A DNA stretch of 63,517 nucleotides, counting the filler, from Octopus bimaculoides (Eukaryota): the NCBI RefSeq assembly GCF_001194135.2. It is 7 parts of 6 records of this genome, joined end to end, with 100 filler letters (N's around TTAATTAATTAA, not from the genome) between each part and the next. Parts side by side here need not be neighbours in the genome. Positions count along the whole stretch, not along the records: positions 54,276 to 63,517 come from NC_069009.1; 6 more parts are not named here. One strand, written 5' to 3'. The notes beneath the pieces were generated by a model, which was not told the DNA's origin, did not search any database, and saw only the letters and a list, made by a program, of their open reading frames with translations. Of this stretch, positions 61,279 to 63,517 are shown piece after piece (the stretch's first letter is position 1; each line of letters starts with the position of its first letter). Both the position numbers and the translations under genes were made by a program.

Positions 61279-62829
61279 NNNNNNNNNNNNNNNNNNNNNN
61301 NNNNNNNNNNNNNNNNNNNNNNNNNNNNNNNNNNNNNNNNNNNNNNNNNNNNNNNNNNNNNNNNNNNNNNNNNNNNNNNNNNNNNNNNNNNNNNNNNNNN
61401 NNNNNNNNNNNNNNNNNNNNNNNNNNNNNNNNNNNNNNNNNNNNNNNNNNNNNNNNNNNNNNNNNNNNNNNNNNNNNNNNNNNNNNNNNNNNNNNNNNNN
61501 NNNNNNNNNNNNNNNNNNNNNNNNNNNNNNNNNNNNNNNNNNNNNNNNNNNNNNNNNNNNNNNNNNNNNNNNNNNNNNNNNNNNNNNNNNNNNNNNNNNN
61601 NNNNNNNNNNNNNNNNNNNNNNNNNNNNNNNNNNNNNNNNNNNNNNNNNNNNNNNNNNNNNNNNNNNNNNNNNNNNNNNNNNNNNNNNNNNNNNNNNNNN
61701 NNNNNNNNNNNNNNNNNNNNNNNNNNNNNNNNNNNNNNNNNNNNNNNNNNNNNNNNNNNNNNNNNNNNNNNNNNNNNNNNNNNNNNNNNNNNNNNNNNNN
61801 NNNNNNNNNNNNNNNNNNNNNNNNNNNNNNNNNNNNNNNNNNNNNNNNNNNNNNNNNNNNNNNNNNNNNNNNNNNNNNNNNNNNNNNNNNNNNNNNNNNN
61901 NNNNNNNNNNNNNNNNNNNNNNNNNNNNNNNNNNNNNNNNNNNNNNNNNNNNNNNNNNNNNNNNNNNNNNNNNNNNNNNNNNNNNNNNNNNNNNNNNNNN
62001 NNNNNNNNNNNNNNNNNNNNNNNNNNNNNNNNNNNNNNNNNNNNNNNNNNNNNNNNNNNNNNNNNNNNNNNNNNNNNNNNNNNNNNNNNNNNNNNNNNNN
62101 NNNNNNNNNNNNNNNNNNNNNNNNNNNNNNNNNNNNNNNNNNNNNNNNNNNNNNNNNNNNNNNNNNNNNNNNNNNNNNNNNNNNNNNNNNNNNNNNNNNN
62201 NNNNNNNNNNNTATATATATATATATATATAGACATTTATATTTCTATATTTTTGCTGTTTTTGGGATGGTGGGAGTGTATATAATGACTTGATAATATT
62301 GTGTGTATTCCCAGCCTCACAGACAGTGAGCATAGCCAGTGTCAATGGCCTACGTCTACCCTAGTCTCGTTTTGTCTGCCTGTTGCATGTTGGCTATGTG
62401 TGCAACTGATCCATCATACTGTTTCGTTCATTTCAAGTTCAGTCCCAACGATATGCATCAGGTTACCTTTGCATTTTTTCATGTTCTTCTTGTTCTTCCT
62501 TTACTCTGCCTTTGTCTTCCCTTTCTTCTTCTTCTTCTTTTTCTTCCTTTTCTTCTTCTTTCCTTTCCTTTTCCTCTTCTTGTTCTTGTCAATGTTCTCC
62601 TCCTCTTCCTCTCCCTCTTCTTTCATCTACTTTTTCTTCTTTTTCTTCTTCTCCTTCTTCTTCTTCTTCTTCTTGTTCTTTTCTTCTCTCAATAATTCTT
62701 ATTGTCTTTCTCCTCCTTCTTTTCCTACTCTTTCTCTCCTACTTCCAGAGGATGCATGTCTTGCATGTAGGCTCCATTCATTTTTCTACTGAGGGGGTCT
62801 TAGCCCAATATATCACAAACTACCATTCA

Positions 62830-63517
62830 TAGATATATTGACTATGAGATATAGCATTTAAATGAATTGGAGGTAGGCAGGCCTGGAGAGACTGGAAAAA
62901 CAGTGGAAGCAGAGAATTATATCACAACTAGAATGGAAGCTAGGCGACAGGTTTATGTAACAAATGGAATAGCAGAAGATAAGAAAGAGGTTTGCCAATG
63001 TTCTACAGCATGAGGATCAGAGGCATGAGGTGTTCAGGATTGCAAAGCAGTGTATCAGAGAGAATAGAGATTTGGTGGGTGAGAAATGTGTGCGAATGGA
63101 TATTGGTATGCTTGCACTTAGTGACTCAGAGAAGAAATATCACATGGAAATATCACTATGAAATGTGGGAAATGGATGGGAGAAGGAGAGTCTACCACAT
63201 ATCAAACCGTTTGAGGGACCAGCCATCAGAGTTGATAGCAGCATAACAGATAAAGCAATTAAGGACATGAAGACAGGGAAATCTCATGGGCCATCAGGAA
63301 TCACTGCCGAGATTATTAAAAGTTCCGGTGGTGTAGGATACAGCTTAGGCACCTGTTTAGTTAATCAGGTTATTGAGGAAGGCACCATCCCCAAGGACTG
63401 GTATAGTAGTATTATAGTTAGCTGTTACAAAGGTGATACCTTAGATAGAAATAATTACAGAGGTATTAAACTGCTAGACCAAGTCATGAAAGTTACTGAG
63501 AGGGTTATAGCTCAGTT
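62830..63517 (+). pseudogene. RTE-type LINE ORF2 fragment (pre-RT and RT N-terminus), runs off the window
   Basis: EVFRIAKQCIRENRD.VGEKCVR; KAIKDMKTGKSHGPSGITAEII; IPKDWYSSIIVSCYKG; NNYRGIKLLDQVMKVTERVI. Confidence 0.9.

Noticed and set aside
25831-62345. Long ORFs of 200-515 aa in the ORF track
   Set aside because: They consist of X from N gaps plus microsatellite translations.

Overview
AT-rich, gap-ridden animal DNA dominated by microsatellites and transposon debris. The SINE/LINE repertoire and extreme (AT)n/(AC)n/(ATC)n/(ACAT)n load look like an Octopus genome; this is inference from recalled repeat families, not from a search. No complete host gene, rRNA, tRNA gene or CRISPR array is supported. 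One clean 108-nt spliced coding exon is visible on the minus strand (41608-41715). The window is stitched from at least 7 scaffolds with an artificial 44N-TTAATTAATTAA-44N spacer, so adjacency across those joins is uncertain. Mobile elements include about 5 SINE families, fragments of RTE, CR1-like, R4/Dong, HERO and CRE-like LINEs, two mariner relics, Tc1/mariner, piggyBac and hAT-type MITEs, and Penelope-like ends. The main hunt result is a set of type I hammerhead ribozyme motifs from different repeat families. These are a full-architecture copy at 13752-13811 (U4C core variant), a minimal copy at 33697-33739 (-), one at 45087-45168, and decayed relatives. Other leads are REL-type retroelements apparently tied to specific microsatellites and SINE-into-SINE concatemers.
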